Source of the DNA: a virus
Direction: 5' to 3' (one strand)
Length of the DNA: 64,000 nt
IMG/VR virus record: IMGVR_UViG_3300032315_001401
Span: 64,001 to 128,000 of that record
The translations under genes and the position numbers were made by a program. Below are positions 28,501-38,300 of this stretch, in pieces (position 1 is the stretch's first letter; each line of letters begins with the position of its first letter). Below the pieces are notes generated by a model. It ran no database searches and was not told the DNA's origin. It saw only the letters and a program-made list of their open reading frames with translations.

Positions 28501-28837
28501 CTTTAACATCTGATGGTTCGGAAAGAAGTCCTAATGACCTTTCAATCAGTTCATTTTTTGGTTCTTCAAGTTCTTCTTGAAGTTCTTCTACTACCTCAAC
28601 AATTTCCTCAATTACTTCTTCATTAATTGGTTCTATTTCATTAGAAGATAAGAAGTCCTCAAATACTTTGAGTGCTTTATGTCCTTTTTTATTTTTTATT
28701 TTACTCTTTGTTTTAAGAATAGAAACTTCTTCAAAAACAGAATCTAGTCCTAAGTCACCAACTAAAGATTCATATTCTTCCTTTTTTTGTTTCTTTTCTT
28801 GTGCTACTAATTTAAAAAGTTCTGACAGTTCATCCAT
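25556..28837 (-). CDS. Fibre-like virion protein (1093 aa) with acidic N-terminal region and internal tandem repeats
   Basis: E-rich N-terminus ending LGGGGE, then G/T/N-rich beta segments; two ~110-aa repeats starting Q(L/V)NSDW. Confidence 0.7.
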   Translation of the reverse strand: MDELSELFKLVAQEKKQKKEEYESLVGDLGLDSVFEEVSILKTKSKIKNKKGHKALKVFEDFLSSNEIEPINEEVIEEIVEVVEELQEELEEPKNELIERSLGLLSEPSDVKVQKDTLTPLDQKFATLEDLEKHYKLFLSRIQQQLSTLGGGGETKFRYLDDVVGLATNSAAYDGKVLSWNSTTNKAEFVLVGDLDADTLDTVTDRGNTTTNEISVAAVNIPVGSVISGISSIVANIGNENLNVVLEHGNYANLGIGSYGLTYGITGVPYAVYELQAVPTPTLQIDDVIAGAAIPVGSKIIGIGTGAYNKVIITDINFPVGAPLPITDEIITFARATVNAGMSILTGNNVDITLNAGPGGNIVNHSDILPYTTNEWSLGSPSRRFKEVWFGTGTIYVQDETLGNDQALGAKAGNFYIKGGAGLEVGEWVLRDNTLQIKDSTRDVYIGSLGATADVIFNRSVRVENAVNRTAFYTDRTGRTQYYPPTIPAGDIGGVSIIGSPNGDYQPILFSGGLLHLTSNQDAPARVTIDGFGVGAHAQLTGRSGRGTAGIPTALQSGDSMFRITAVGWGTTTIPQTAAPTAIEFVARENYTNTAYGSQINFYTAPLGTATKTLSASINNNGLSFTGTGSTTGITFYDNSRLTYFPPQTAGTADKFLKVTNVAGNYVMSWETPPTVTGAVIYKGAYNVVTNIPPITDATGEAGWQYTVVGVGTTNFGNGPLSLQDGDLLIHNGTHYDQIPGPRTQLNSDWNATVGVTAILNKPNIVNQIIGGTGVSLSPVNGIGTVTINATGTQNLNSVLTNGNTSALGINVGVVSATSYTGNGANLTGIVTSIVAGTGGITVSGSTGRVTINGTAQVNSDWTSTVGVASILNKPTIVNQIIAGSGITIAPVNGIGIVTITGAQNLNSVLGYGNTSSLGMSVGVVTTTKLVCTDGGTFSGVVTATSYSGSGTNLTGIVTSIVAGTGVTISNSTGQVTVNAIPSYFISTSTTQASTLTVDFTGPDVIFWQPSANGNRTVTLTNFTANRGIRIFITPHTGANTFTFTGVTASQCSNGSNVYQLGGGGAAQASMMIELFSTSTAVGGVWIFAYGGV
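25890..26605 (-). repeat. Intragenic tandem duplication (~110-125 aa units)
   Basis: QLNSDW...ILNKPNIVNQII..G..SPVNGIG..QNLNSVL..GNTS.LG..LTGIVTSIVAGTG occurs twice; boundaries approximate. Confidence 0.8.
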
Positions 28838-28838
28838 A

Positions 28839-30482
28839 CTAACAATTCCAATTTCTTAATGACCTATTTATTCTTGAATCTGGGTCTCTTGCAGTTTTTG
28901 CCGAAGTGAGTTTGTCCTTCATTCCTTTCATTCTACGGCAAAAGGACTTACGGCGTTTAGCCCTTTTGCCTGTAGGCTTTTTTTCGGTTACTGCGGTTTG
29001 TAACTTTGAACCTGGATTCTCACGACGATAAGCATTCACTGCTTTCTGACTTAATCCATCAGTTTTATCTTTACGATTGACTGATTGCCAATCTTCAGAT
29101 AATCCAAAATCTAATCTCCAGTTTGAATATTCGTATGAATCTGCAAGTGGAAGTGATGGTCCGGAGAGTTTTCCTAAAGCAACCTTTTTTTCATTAGGAT
29201 TGCTGGTTCCTGTAGCAAGATTTCTAATTTTTGCTTGTTTCTGTGCTGCTTTATGTCCCCCACCAATTTCAAAACTAATTTGCTCTTTTTGCATCTCACC
29301 ACTATCAACATAATCTGCAGCAGCATCAAGATAATCTGCTGCTTTAGTAATTTTTGATTGAACCCACGCTTCAATATTACCCTCTCCTTTTACTTTCTTC
29401 TTGAGTCTCTTTGCGGCAGAAATAATGGTGGAAATTTCAGATCTTGCCATTGAATGCTCGTGGTCATATGACTCTGGAAAATTGCCAGGATGCACTGTAG
29501 CAATATTATATTTTAATTGATTGGTTGTTAATGCTGATGGGGTGGAAAACATATCCCAATATTTTGGTCCATATTTACACTCATTACGAGTCTCATCTTT
29601 TTTGCATTTGGGGCAATATCTAATCATTGTTTTCTCTTCCTTTACTGGCACACAATTTGGAACCATTTTCTTACCTTTCTTTTTCATACCCTCTTGCTTA
29701 TACCCATCCCAACAATCTTCTGATTTTGTTCCCCACTTATCAGCACCAACTTTACGACATTTGACAAGTGCTCCAGATGCATATGCACTTGGCCAAACAT
29801 CATATCTTGATTTTACTTTATTATAGCAAGCATCTTTTGTACCACTACCCTTGCCTTTTACATCTGATTCTTCGTTCATTTTCTTTGGTTTGTCTGTTGA
29901 AACATAAGTTGGTTTTGCAGCACCAGATTTTGCTTGCTGACCTGGATCTGCTGCTTTTTTTCTTCTTGCTGCAGAGCGTCTTTCTGCAGAAGTCATCGAT
30001 GCTCTTTTTGTGGAAGAAACACATTTTGGAGTTCCTTCACCCGCTTCGTCACTTGCACAAGTTCCTCCAGTTACAACATTTACCCATCCAGGTTTTCCAC
30101 CTTTTGATTTCGAACCCTTAAACCACTGATGTAAAGACTCTTCAGTAACATCCTTAAATTTTTTATGATGCTTTTTGGCATCTGCTTCCATCTTTTTCAA
30201 ACGAGTATAATAATCTGGAATTTCATCTAAATGTTGAAGGGCAATTTCTTTAGCAAGTTCGTGATTTTTAGTATGCTCATGCTCAATAGGTTCGCCCATA
30301 TCCAATTGCTTTTGAATGAAAGAAACATCCATACGATGCTTCTTCGCAATTTGCGCAACAGTTTTAAATGGTTTCAATTGCTCTTTCAATTTCTTTTTAC
30401 GACCCTGACAATGAGCTCTTTGTGAAAATCCTTTTGGATTGTCGCAGTCAATAGATTTTTTATATTTGTCTGACCAACCCAT
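28839..30482 (-). CDS. Late-expressed modular basic/Cys-containing protein (candidate virion cargo)
   Basis: 547 aa; a string of short K/R- and Cys-rich modules joined by E-containing linkers; TCTAAATA at 30507-30514. Confidence 0.7.
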   Translation of the reverse strand: MGWSDKYKKSIDCDNPKGFSQRAHCQGRKKKLKEQLKPFKTVAQIAKKHRMDVSFIQKQLDMGEPIEHEHTKNHELAKEIALQHLDEIPDYYTRLKKMEADAKKHHKKFKDVTEESLHQWFKGSKSKGGKPGWVNVVTGGTCASDEAGEGTPKCVSSTKRASMTSAERRSAARRKKAADPGQQAKSGAAKPTYVSTDKPKKMNEESDVKGKGSGTKDACYNKVKSRYDVWPSAYASGALVKCRKVGADKWGTKSEDCWDGYKQEGMKKKGKKMVPNCVPVKEEKTMIRYCPKCKKDETRNECKYGPKYWDMFSTPSALTTNQLKYNIATVHPGNFPESYDHEHSMARSEISTIISAAKRLKKKVKGEGNIEAWVQSKITKAADYLDAAADYVDSGEMQKEQISFEIGGGHKAAQKQAKIRNLATGTSNPNEKKVALGKLSGPSLPLADSYEYSNWRLDFGLSEDWQSVNRKDKTDGLSQKAVNAYRRENPGSKLQTAVTEKKPTGKRAKRRKSFCRRMKGMKDKLTSAKTARDPDSRINRSLRNWNC

Positions 30483-30495
30483 TAGGAAATTAAAA

Positions 30496-30918
30496 TTACT
30501 CTTTATTATTTAGAAAACCTTGCTTGAGTAATTTTGATAACTCTGAAGTTGATCCTACAAATACCGCATTGTTTGTCACATTATTGGTTGTCTTTACAGA
30601 TTCATCTTCAACATCTTTAAGTTTTTTCTGTAAATCTATAAGCTTATCTGTCACATCTCCAACATTCTTAATTAACTGTCCAGCAACTTCATACGCTCTT
30701 GGACTTCCACCTTCACCAGCAAGTTCCATTATTCCATTAATTGCTTCTTGCCCCTTTTCAATTAAAGAATAAAGATTTGCTCGGGTATATTCATAATCTT
30801 TGTGGATATCATCTACCTTTAAGGGGGATATTTTTAATTCCTCCTTTACTTTTTCTACTTCAACAATATTACTTTCAATATTAAGAGCAGAATCTAAACT
30901 GTCAAATGTATTACTCAT
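30496..30918 (-). CDS. gp16: Terminase small subunit
   Basis: DYEYTRANLYSLIEKGQEAI...PRAYEVAGQLIK...LIDLQKK...NNAVFVGSTSEL. Confidence 0.92.
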   Translation of the reverse strand: MSNTFDSLDSALNIESNIVEVEKVKEELKISPLKVDDIHKDYEYTRANLYSLIEKGQEAINGIMELAGEGGSPRAYEVAGQLIKNVGDVTDKLIDLQKKLKDVEDESVKTTNNVTNNAVFVGSTSELSKLLKQGFLNNKE

Positions 30919-30924
30919 ACTATG

Positions 30925-31722
30925 TTAAATATCCCTCTGTTGTGTTGGACTATAAGTTTTGGAGTCCTCAAAACTTTGCCAAGTTTCATTAAATCCAAAA
31001 TCATCATCCGGTTGCGCATCAATTGGATCTGGAGTAAGTGTATATCTCATCTCCCTCTTTGCAGTTGCTACATCAGTTGAATTATAGTAATCAACCTGAA
31101 CCTTACGAATAAGACCATCCGTAGAATCCGCGATAGGACCAAACAGATATGTTTTTACTGTAAAATTAAAAGTGTAAATTAATACTCTTCTTGTTGAAAA
31201 ATCTCCTTCATAATCATCCGTAAATGATACATTATCTAGAACGATGGGAATATCTCTCTTTTCCCCAATTGAATCAATTAAATCTACGGTTAGATTGAAT
31301 GATGGTTGGAAATAAGGTAGTATTTGCTCAACTACCTGCAAGGCATCATCCTGTAATTTTGTCATTACATTCAATTGAAATCCAATATTATATGGAACCG
31401 GCAAATAAACTTTCTTCAAATTTGTTCCATCAGAAGCTTTAAATGTTTGGGCAATATTTGCCTTCCTAGTTGCATCATATTGAATGGATGTCATCTCAAA
31501 TGACATTCTGGGTAGTGTAATAGCAATTGGTTTATTTAATTCTGGTTGCTGCTGAATTCTGGCCAGAAATTTTTGAATAGGTCCATAAGCCAATGGAACT
31601 TTCATTTCACTGATGCTATTTCCAGAAGAATCTTTATGTCTTATGTAAATTTCATTGAAAACTGTGCCAAATGCAATGACAGTTCTTCGGATGATCTCGT
31701 GATAATAGTATGTTCCAAGCAT
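30925..31722 (-). CDS. gp15: Tail sheath stabilizer and completion protein
   Basis: YYYHEIIRRTVIAFGTVFN, KVPLAYGPIQKF, LPRMSFE, EQILPYFQP. Confidence 0.95.
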   Translation of the reverse strand: MLGTYYYHEIIRRTVIAFGTVFNEIYIRHKDSSGNSISEMKVPLAYGPIQKFLARIQQQPELNKPIAITLPRMSFEMTSIQYDATRKANIAQTFKASDGTNLKKVYLPVPYNIGFQLNVMTKLQDDALQVVEQILPYFQPSFNLTVDLIDSIGEKRDIPIVLDNVSFTDDYEGDFSTRRVLIYTFNFTVKTYLFGPIADSTDGLIRKVQVDYYNSTDVATAKREMRYTLTPDPIDAQPDDDFGFNETWQSFEDSKTYSPTQQRDI

Positions 31723-33113
31723 TAGAATGTACCAAATGGATTTGATGCGGAAAAATCTACAATGCCTTCAGCTGCATTTTCAATTTCTATATTTTCACTA
31801 TATTTATCATATTGATCCCAAGTATCGTATGATTGGACTGAATAAATGGCACTTGAGGCAGCTCCGACAAGTAATTCTCCGGGATAAAACTCTTTTGTTG
31901 CTGCGTTATCTACAAAAGAGACCTTGAGAATTTTTGTATCGAAGTCCCAAGATTTAACACGACCACGAGTTCCTGATATGGATCCAAATACTTCTTCATT
32001 GAAGATATAAGTTCCAATTCCAGAAAGAACTGGTGGTGGCGCAATTGTTACAGTTGGTGCAACTGTATATCCCGCTCCTGGATTTATAATTCTTAAAGAA
32101 TTAACTGTTTGTCCAGTTCCCACAACTGCTACAGAAGTAGCAGTTTCTCCAACTCCGGTTGGTCCACTTATTGTTACCAGTGGGGGAGTAACGTACCCAA
32201 CTCCAAAATTAATCATTGTAATGGTAGAAATTCCACTTTGTATAGTTTCAATCGAGCACGTAGCTGCAGCACCAATCCCCCCTCCTCCAGAAATTGCAAT
32301 AGATGGTGTAACTGTATACCCCGCTCCTGCGGAAATTAAAATAATGGATTCTACAGATTTAACTCCACCTTTACTTGTGGTAATAGCTACTGCACCTGCA
32401 GTTATTCCACCTGGAGGAGCAGATGTAAATTCAACGATAGGTGTAGAAGTGTAACCATACCCATCATTATTTAAAAATATTTTACGCACATATCCTGTTC
32501 CTAAAGTAGCAGTAGCAGAAGCTGTCGATCCTGCTCCAATAAGTTGTAAAGTAGTAATATATCCCTCATCTTTAATTTGACTATCAATTTCTTCAATAGA
32601 TGTATCAATAACCTCATCTTCATATTCAAATAATTCACATTTTAATTCATACATATAAAGTTTTCCAAGTTGATAAAAATTAACTTCGTGTTCGACGAAC
32701 TTAACTTCAAATAATCTTTGCCCTAAAGGAAAATAAACTAAATCACCTTCTCTTGGTCTGGATGTAAGAGGAATTTCATCATTATCAGGTATTTCTAAAA
32801 ATGGAGATATAAAATCTTCAAACCTTTCTTTTGAAATTACTAGACTTAATTCATCTTTTAAATTGACACCAAATTTCGAAAGAATATCTCCCTGACCACT
32901 ATATCCATCATAATTGTTAATATATGCTTCAATTGCGTAGTTATCATCAAATTTAGAGGATTGAATTTCTCTAATAATAGTTTGTTTCCTTACAAACTTT
33001 CTAGGAATGTAAATTACATCAACTCCATAAATTTTCAATTGCTCGTTAATTAAGTCTTGTACAAGTCTTTGTTCTCCTGGAGAACCTTGTAAAAAGAAAG
33101 GATTAAGTGCCAT
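31722..33113 (-). CDS. gp14: Neck protein with inserted G/T/A-rich repeats
   Basis: YGVDVIYIPR, RPREGDLVYFP, FYQLGKLYMYELKCELFEY; central GxGYTxxPxVxI repeats. Confidence 0.93.
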   Translation of the reverse strand: MALNPFFLQGSPGEQRLVQDLINEQLKIYGVDVIYIPRKFVRKQTIIREIQSSKFDDNYAIEAYINNYDGYSGQGDILSKFGVNLKDELSLVISKERFEDFISPFLEIPDNDEIPLTSRPREGDLVYFPLGQRLFEVKFVEHEVNFYQLGKLYMYELKCELFEYEDEVIDTSIEEIDSQIKDEGYITTLQLIGAGSTASATATLGTGYVRKIFLNNDGYGYTSTPIVEFTSAPPGGITAGAVAITTSKGGVKSVESIILISAGAGYTVTPSIAISGGGGIGAAATCSIETIQSGISTITMINFGVGYVTPPLVTISGPTGVGETATSVAVVGTGQTVNSLRIINPGAGYTVAPTVTIAPPPVLSGIGTYIFNEEVFGSISGTRGRVKSWDFDTKILKVSFVDNAATKEFYPGELLVGAASSAIYSVQSYDTWDQYDKYSENIEIENAAEGIVDFSASNPFGTF

Positions 33114-33115
33114 TA

Positions 33116-33958
33116 TTATCCAATAAAATCGTAAGGTGGAAGTTCATAATCCATAGACATTCTTTGCATTATGTCTGCTAGTTCCTTTTCAGCATCTTCG
33201 TATATTTCTCTACCATTCAATTCAATTCCACCAGGAAGTTTGACTCCTCTGAATTTAATTAGATTCTGACCCCATTGTCTTTTTATTAGTGCAGTTAAGT
33301 ATCTCTTCAAAAAACTATCATTATAAACTTTAGTAAACTCATTAGGATCTAAAATTCTATAACAATCAATTATAATATAACTATCTTTTGTTTTTGCAGT
33401 CCAATCTATATCTAAATATAATCTATTCTGCCGCTTATTGTAACGTATTTGTTTGTCTGGAGTAAGTAAAAAGTCAATATCCTCTAGGTAGGTTTTAACC
33501 ATCGCATATTGTAGAAGTTCAACAGAATTGAAATAATATAAATCGTTTAAAAATAATTGATACTTAATACTAAACATTCCAGCAGAAATAGAGCTAGTAT
33601 CAAATTTAAAAACTTTTTCAATTCCTATCACAGAGTCTGGAACTTGTATGAAATTCGAGTTCTCATAAAAACTAAAAGTAGTGGTGCCAATGCCACTAAT
33701 ATTGGATGTTCCTGTTGTAGTAACAATCCCCACACCAACTTTAGGGTCTGCTTGCCCCCTATTTAAATCTTGATCTGTTATCTTATATTTAAGATACATT
33801 CTTTCAACACCATCAAAATGCCTTTCATTAAAATATTGTAAAGCGTCATCAACTAAATCATCTATTTGATCATCATCAACATTAATTTCTAAAACTGGTG
33901 CTCCTAATCTTCTTAGACAATAATCAATTAATTGTTGTCTACTTGCTGGTTTTGCCAT
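33116..33958 (-). CDS. gp13: Neck protein
   Basis: LIDYCLRRLGAPVLEINVDDDQIDD, KRQWGQNLIKF.G..LPGG..LNG; start placed at MAKPASR. Confidence 0.95.
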   Translation of the reverse strand: MAKPASRQQLIDYCLRRLGAPVLEINVDDDQIDDLVDDALQYFNERHFDGVERMYLKYKITDQDLNRGQADPKVGVGIVTTTGTSNISGIGTTTFSFYENSNFIQVPDSVIGIEKVFKFDTSSISAGMFSIKYQLFLNDLYYFNSVELLQYAMVKTYLEDIDFLLTPDKQIRYNKRQNRLYLDIDWTAKTKDSYIIIDCYRILDPNEFTKVYNDSFLKRYLTALIKRQWGQNLIKFRGVKLPGGIELNGREIYEDAEKELADIMQRMSMDYELPPYDFIG

Positions 33959-34572
33959 TAGTAATTGCCTCCATCTATTACATTTGACCAAATTGGAACA
34001 TTACTATTATTTGTTGTTAATATATAATTAGTTGTAGTAGTGTTACCAACTCCAGGAGAATTTGTAGCAGTAAGAATACCAGATGGTCCAAAAAATGGAA
34101 TTGCATAAATTGGATATGGTCCAGTGTAGTAAATATTACCACCCAGATTTAAATCTCCTGTAATAGTTGCGTTTCTTGCTGTAAATTCATCTAACCTTAA
34201 ATCGTCACTAATATATAAGTCACCATCAATATAAACATCATTTTTAAATGTAGATAATCCTACAAATGTTGATACTCCAGTTACATTTAAATTAACTACT
34301 GTTGCAATTCCAGTAATATTTGCGTTTCTTGCTGTAAATTCATCAAATTTTAAATCATCACCAACTATTAAATCACCATCAATATAGACATCATTTTTGA
34401 ATGTAGATACTCCTACAAATGTTGATACGCCACTTACAGACAACTCTCGTATGGAACCAATTCCACCTATTACATTTTCTGCAACTACAGCTTTACCACC
34501 TGCAGCTCCAGAAACACTTGAAACAATTTTTACTGCATTTTGTTGCCCAACTCTAACTTTAATATCTGACAT
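33958..34572 (-). CDS. Hypothetical fibre-like structural protein with two 51-aa-period repeats
   Basis: V(S/T)GVSTFVG(V/L)STFKNDVYIDGDL..DDL..DEFTARNA.ITG twice (~34156-34443); ends IDGGNY. Confidence 0.7.
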   Translation of the reverse strand: MSDIKVRVGQQNAVKIVSSVSGAAGGKAVVAENVIGGIGSIRELSVSGVSTFVGVSTFKNDVYIDGDLIVGDDLKFDEFTARNANITGIATVVNLNVTGVSTFVGLSTFKNDVYIDGDLYISDDLRLDEFTARNATITGDLNLGGNIYYTGPYPIYAIPFFGPSGILTATNSPGVGNTTTTNYILTTNNSNVPIWSNVIDGGNY

Positions 34573-34916
34573 TATCGAGTAACTCCTTCTGTTACAAGAA
34601 CCATTCCTTCAATTACTCTATTTCTTATATTAAACCTATCTATTATAACAACATCATAAACATATCTTCCGGGTTTTAAATTTGTTGTTTGGACAGAGGT
34701 TAATGAAATTAAGATTCTTCCGGAAGTTGATGGAATTTCAATACTAGTCGTAAAAGTTGTTGCACTGGAACTACCTGCCCATTTTCGCATTTGTGCTTCT
34801 ACCGTATATCCAGTCAAATTAAAAGCAGAATTTGTATCAGTTCCCTCTAAAGTAAACGATTGACTGAAGTCTGCCCCAGAATTTATGACTAGGTTATTTA
34901 CATATACTGCAGCCAT
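34572..34916 (-). CDS. Hypothetical structural protein (baseplate-upper-like domain)
   Basis: NLVINSGADFSQ...LTGYTVEAQMRK...GRYVYDVVI...RVIEGMVLV; late-promoter variant CATAAATA at 34940-34947. Confidence 0.6.
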   Translation of the reverse strand: MAAVYVNNLVINSGADFSQSFTLEGTDTNSAFNLTGYTVEAQMRKWAGSSSATTFTTSIEIPSTSGRILISLTSVQTTNLKPGRYVYDVVIIDRFNIRNRVIEGMVLVTEGVTR

Positions 34917-34942
34917 TTATTCCTTTAAGATCTACTTGTTAT

Positions 34943-35119
34943 TTATGTTTCAAGTGCTCCTAAAGATTTTATAACCTCTTGCTGTTTTAAATACAATTTG
35001 CAATATAATTTTGAAAAGTTTTTAAGTTGATTAAAATCCATTTCGTCAATAAATCTCGAATGCTTTTCATATTCAAATAATTTATCGATAGTATCGAGAG
35101 TAATTTCATTTGGATCCAT
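34943..35119 (-). CDS. Small helical protein, possibly NblA-like (58 aa)
   Basis: Not in the ORF track. MDPNEITLDTIDKLFEYEKHSRFIDEMDFNQLKNFSKLYCKLYLKQQEVIKSLGALET; GGAG upstream of the ATG. The ORF is well supported; the NblA call is tentative and the confidence reflects it. Confidence 0.45.
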   Translation of the reverse strand: MDPNEITLDTIDKLFEYEKHSRFIDEMDFNQLKNFSKLYCKLYLKQQEVIKSLGALET

Positions 35120-35309
35120 TAATTATCTCCTTTAATAAAGTTTTAATTTCATCTATATCTTGTTTAATTTTATTCAATTCATTTTTTTGCGACTCTCTAT
35201 TACTCAAACTATTTACATATTGATTATAAGCATTATTGTCGCAGTTTATAATTGCTCCAGAATTTTCATCTCTGTATAAATTTGGGTGCCCTTTTACTGG
35301 TATCATCAT
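35106..35309 (-). CDS. Conserved small hypothetical protein
   Basis: IPVKGHPNLYRDENSGAIINCD followed by a short coiled coil. Confidence 0.7.
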   Translation of the reverse strand: MMIPVKGHPNLYRDENSGAIINCDNNAYNQYVNSLSNRESQKNELNKIKQDIDEIKTLLKEIINGSK

Positions 35310-38300
35310 CTAATTGCAATGGTTCTTAAATCTTTAAACCTAGGTGGATATGCTTGATTTGTGGATGACATAGCAATTTTAATTGTAAATCCACTAAATT
35401 GCCCTAGATTGTTAGCAGAAAATTCATATTCTAAAAATTGATTTCTACTGCTTGCTGGCACAAAAGTATCTGGCAACCCACTATTATTGGCAGGATCTAT
35501 AACATCGGGATATCCATCATTATTATTATCAATCGTCAAATTATCATAACCTGGGAATAGTTCGAATGATTGCTCAATCTCACTAGAGTCTGGTCTTATT
35601 AAACTATAAAGAACTCTGAAATCTGCAGAAAAATGCCTATATGCGGAAAGAATTACTTTTAATGAAGTTGCTGGTTGTGTCAATGTTACAGTATTTGAAA
35701 CATAAATCGCAGAATGTGGATCGTCAAGAATTGAATTTACTCTACCATCTTGTTGATAATTTGATATTGGTGAATTAATTCTGTTGCTATGAAAATCTGT
35801 AAATGATGTATCTAAGAATATTTGGGGGGATACATATTTATTGCTAGACAGTAAAGTAATCGCTGTAGTGAATGATTTATTTCTAGGTAAAGCGGTTAAA
35901 AATGTATCTTCATTTACTTTTGATGCAACTATTCTTGACGAGGGGAGGGTGTTTAAAGAATTCAATTGAATTTCTTCATATCCCAAATCTTGGAATGAAA
36001 TTTCATTACCGCCGATACTAGTTCCACTAACTGATCTAATTTTTGCGGACAGTGAAGTTGCTGAAGTTGGAGTTGCTGCGTCATAGAATGGAATTATTGT
36101 ATCATATTGAATATTTTCAGATGCAAATACTTTAGATCCTCCGGAAGTAAGTTCTGAAGAGAATGATAATTGTGGATACCCAGCAGGAGTATTATCTGCA
36201 CTTCTATTCACACCATTAGAAGTTCTATCAATTTCAATATAATAATTATCAATATCCAATCCAGTGTCGCTAATATCGTGAGTCGTATTGATTCTTGCAA
36301 GAGATATTCCATTAAATTCATACTTATATACTGGAATATTAGTTGAATGTGGGATTGGAATCGTAAAAAATTGCCCCCTTGTTACAGTTTCTAACGAATT
36401 AGATCCGACGCTTTCGTATTTAATAATTTCATTTTCTATAATTGCATATCCTGGATTAGTTCCATTTACAGATTTGCTCTCAAACGTTGCAAAGTTCGAA
36501 GTACTTGCGACCGAAATTGATGTAGAGGATGCTGTTATTGATTGAGATAAAGTTGTTGGTCCTGTGTTGGGAGAAACACCACTAATTAAAACTTTATTAT
36601 TTGCAGCATACATTCCATGATTGAAATGATTTACTTTAACATAATTTCCATTATAAATTGATCCAACTGGAGTAGATGATCTAATATATGTTGTTGCTAG
36701 AGAAACAGAATTATTTGATGAATCAAAATAAACTAGATTTGCAGTTCCATCTGAAGTGAATGAATCACCTTGAACATTATTTAAGTATAGAGTATCAATC
36801 CCATTATTATTTCCAGTAATTGTAATTCTAGCATCTCTACCACTATTACTTGAAACTGAAGAAGTTACAATACCAACAACATCTCCAATTGCATAACCAT
36901 TTCCTGAGGTTACGATAGAAGCAGTAGTAATTCCTCCGCCAGAAGCAGTTATATTCAAAACAAGACCAGATCCATTTCCAATAATATTATAAGTTGAGAC
37001 ATTGGTATCTGATACATAGTTTGATCCTGCTGTTGTGACTCCAACAGAAGAAACTGAACAACCAGTACCTACAATATAACCATAATTATAAGTTTTAGTA
37101 GATTCACTAATTTTTCTGCCAGTAGTTAAAATACCAATCATATTGGAATTTGTTACTGTCGTAATTCCAATTTTTAATTTTCTTGGGAAAACTGTAAGTG
37201 GATTATTTTGTAAGTTTTTAACGTAACCATTACTTTCATTTAATGTTGGGTTGTAAAAATATGCAGTAGATGGAGTGTCAGTAACAAAATTTGCTCTATA
37301 TAAAGTAAATTTCATGTCCTGATATTGATCAGCAGTCCAAACAGATCCATTTTGTGATTTGAATAGACTTCCCATTGCAAATTGTTGAGTGTATAAAACT
37401 GCCTCAGAATCTGGAAGATTTTTAGACTGAATTGTTTTTTTACCCATTTCTCCAATAAAAACTTCATACTCAGTGCTTTCCGGCGCTAAAAGCACAAGAG
37501 CATACTCTAAACCTGGAGATAAGTAAATTGGATAGTCAAATTTAACTTTTGTTGCAATAGAAGCATCATCCGAAGTTTGAATTTGATCTGGTCTAAGAGT
37601 GACAGAATTTCCAACCACTACTGTTGTTGGAGTTCCTAATGCAACAGTTCTTATTTCAACTGTTAATGGATTATTTCCACTATCCTTCTTATAAAAATAT
37701 AAATCAACTTCAGTTAGGAAACCACCGTCTTGATCAACTGTAAATGTTTGTGCAAGAGGGTCCTTTCCTCCACCTCTATCCTGTTGAGGAAACTGTGTTT
37801 GCTCAAAGTTTGTTGTTACTCTAGTTATATTTGTAGTTGTTAGTCTAGTATTAGTTACAGTTGTTGTATCTGTAATTGTAGTTTCATATAATTCTAAAGT
37901 ACCATCTGAGATATAATTCGTCTCAGCAGCAGAAACGGTAGTACTTCCAGAAACTGCCACGTCATTTGTTGAACTTGATGAAACTTTGAATGTCTTGGTT
38001 CCGGTATTAATTCTTACATTTGGTGGTGGAGATGTATTGGGATCTCTAATGAAGAAGGAACCTATTAAATCTCCATAATTGTCAGATATTAATCTGAGAT
38101 CTTTTACATATGCTATAGCACCACTTGTTTGCCCTACAAGTTTTGCTCCCTTTACCAAATACCCAGAATAAAGACCTTGTGCTTCTTCCGATATTGAATA
38201 AGTATCAACGTTTAAAATCTTTGATGAAGCACTATATGCATCTGGTATTGACTCTGATCTAAAATATGGATTTGTTGTAAACTTAGTAGTTGGTGCATTA

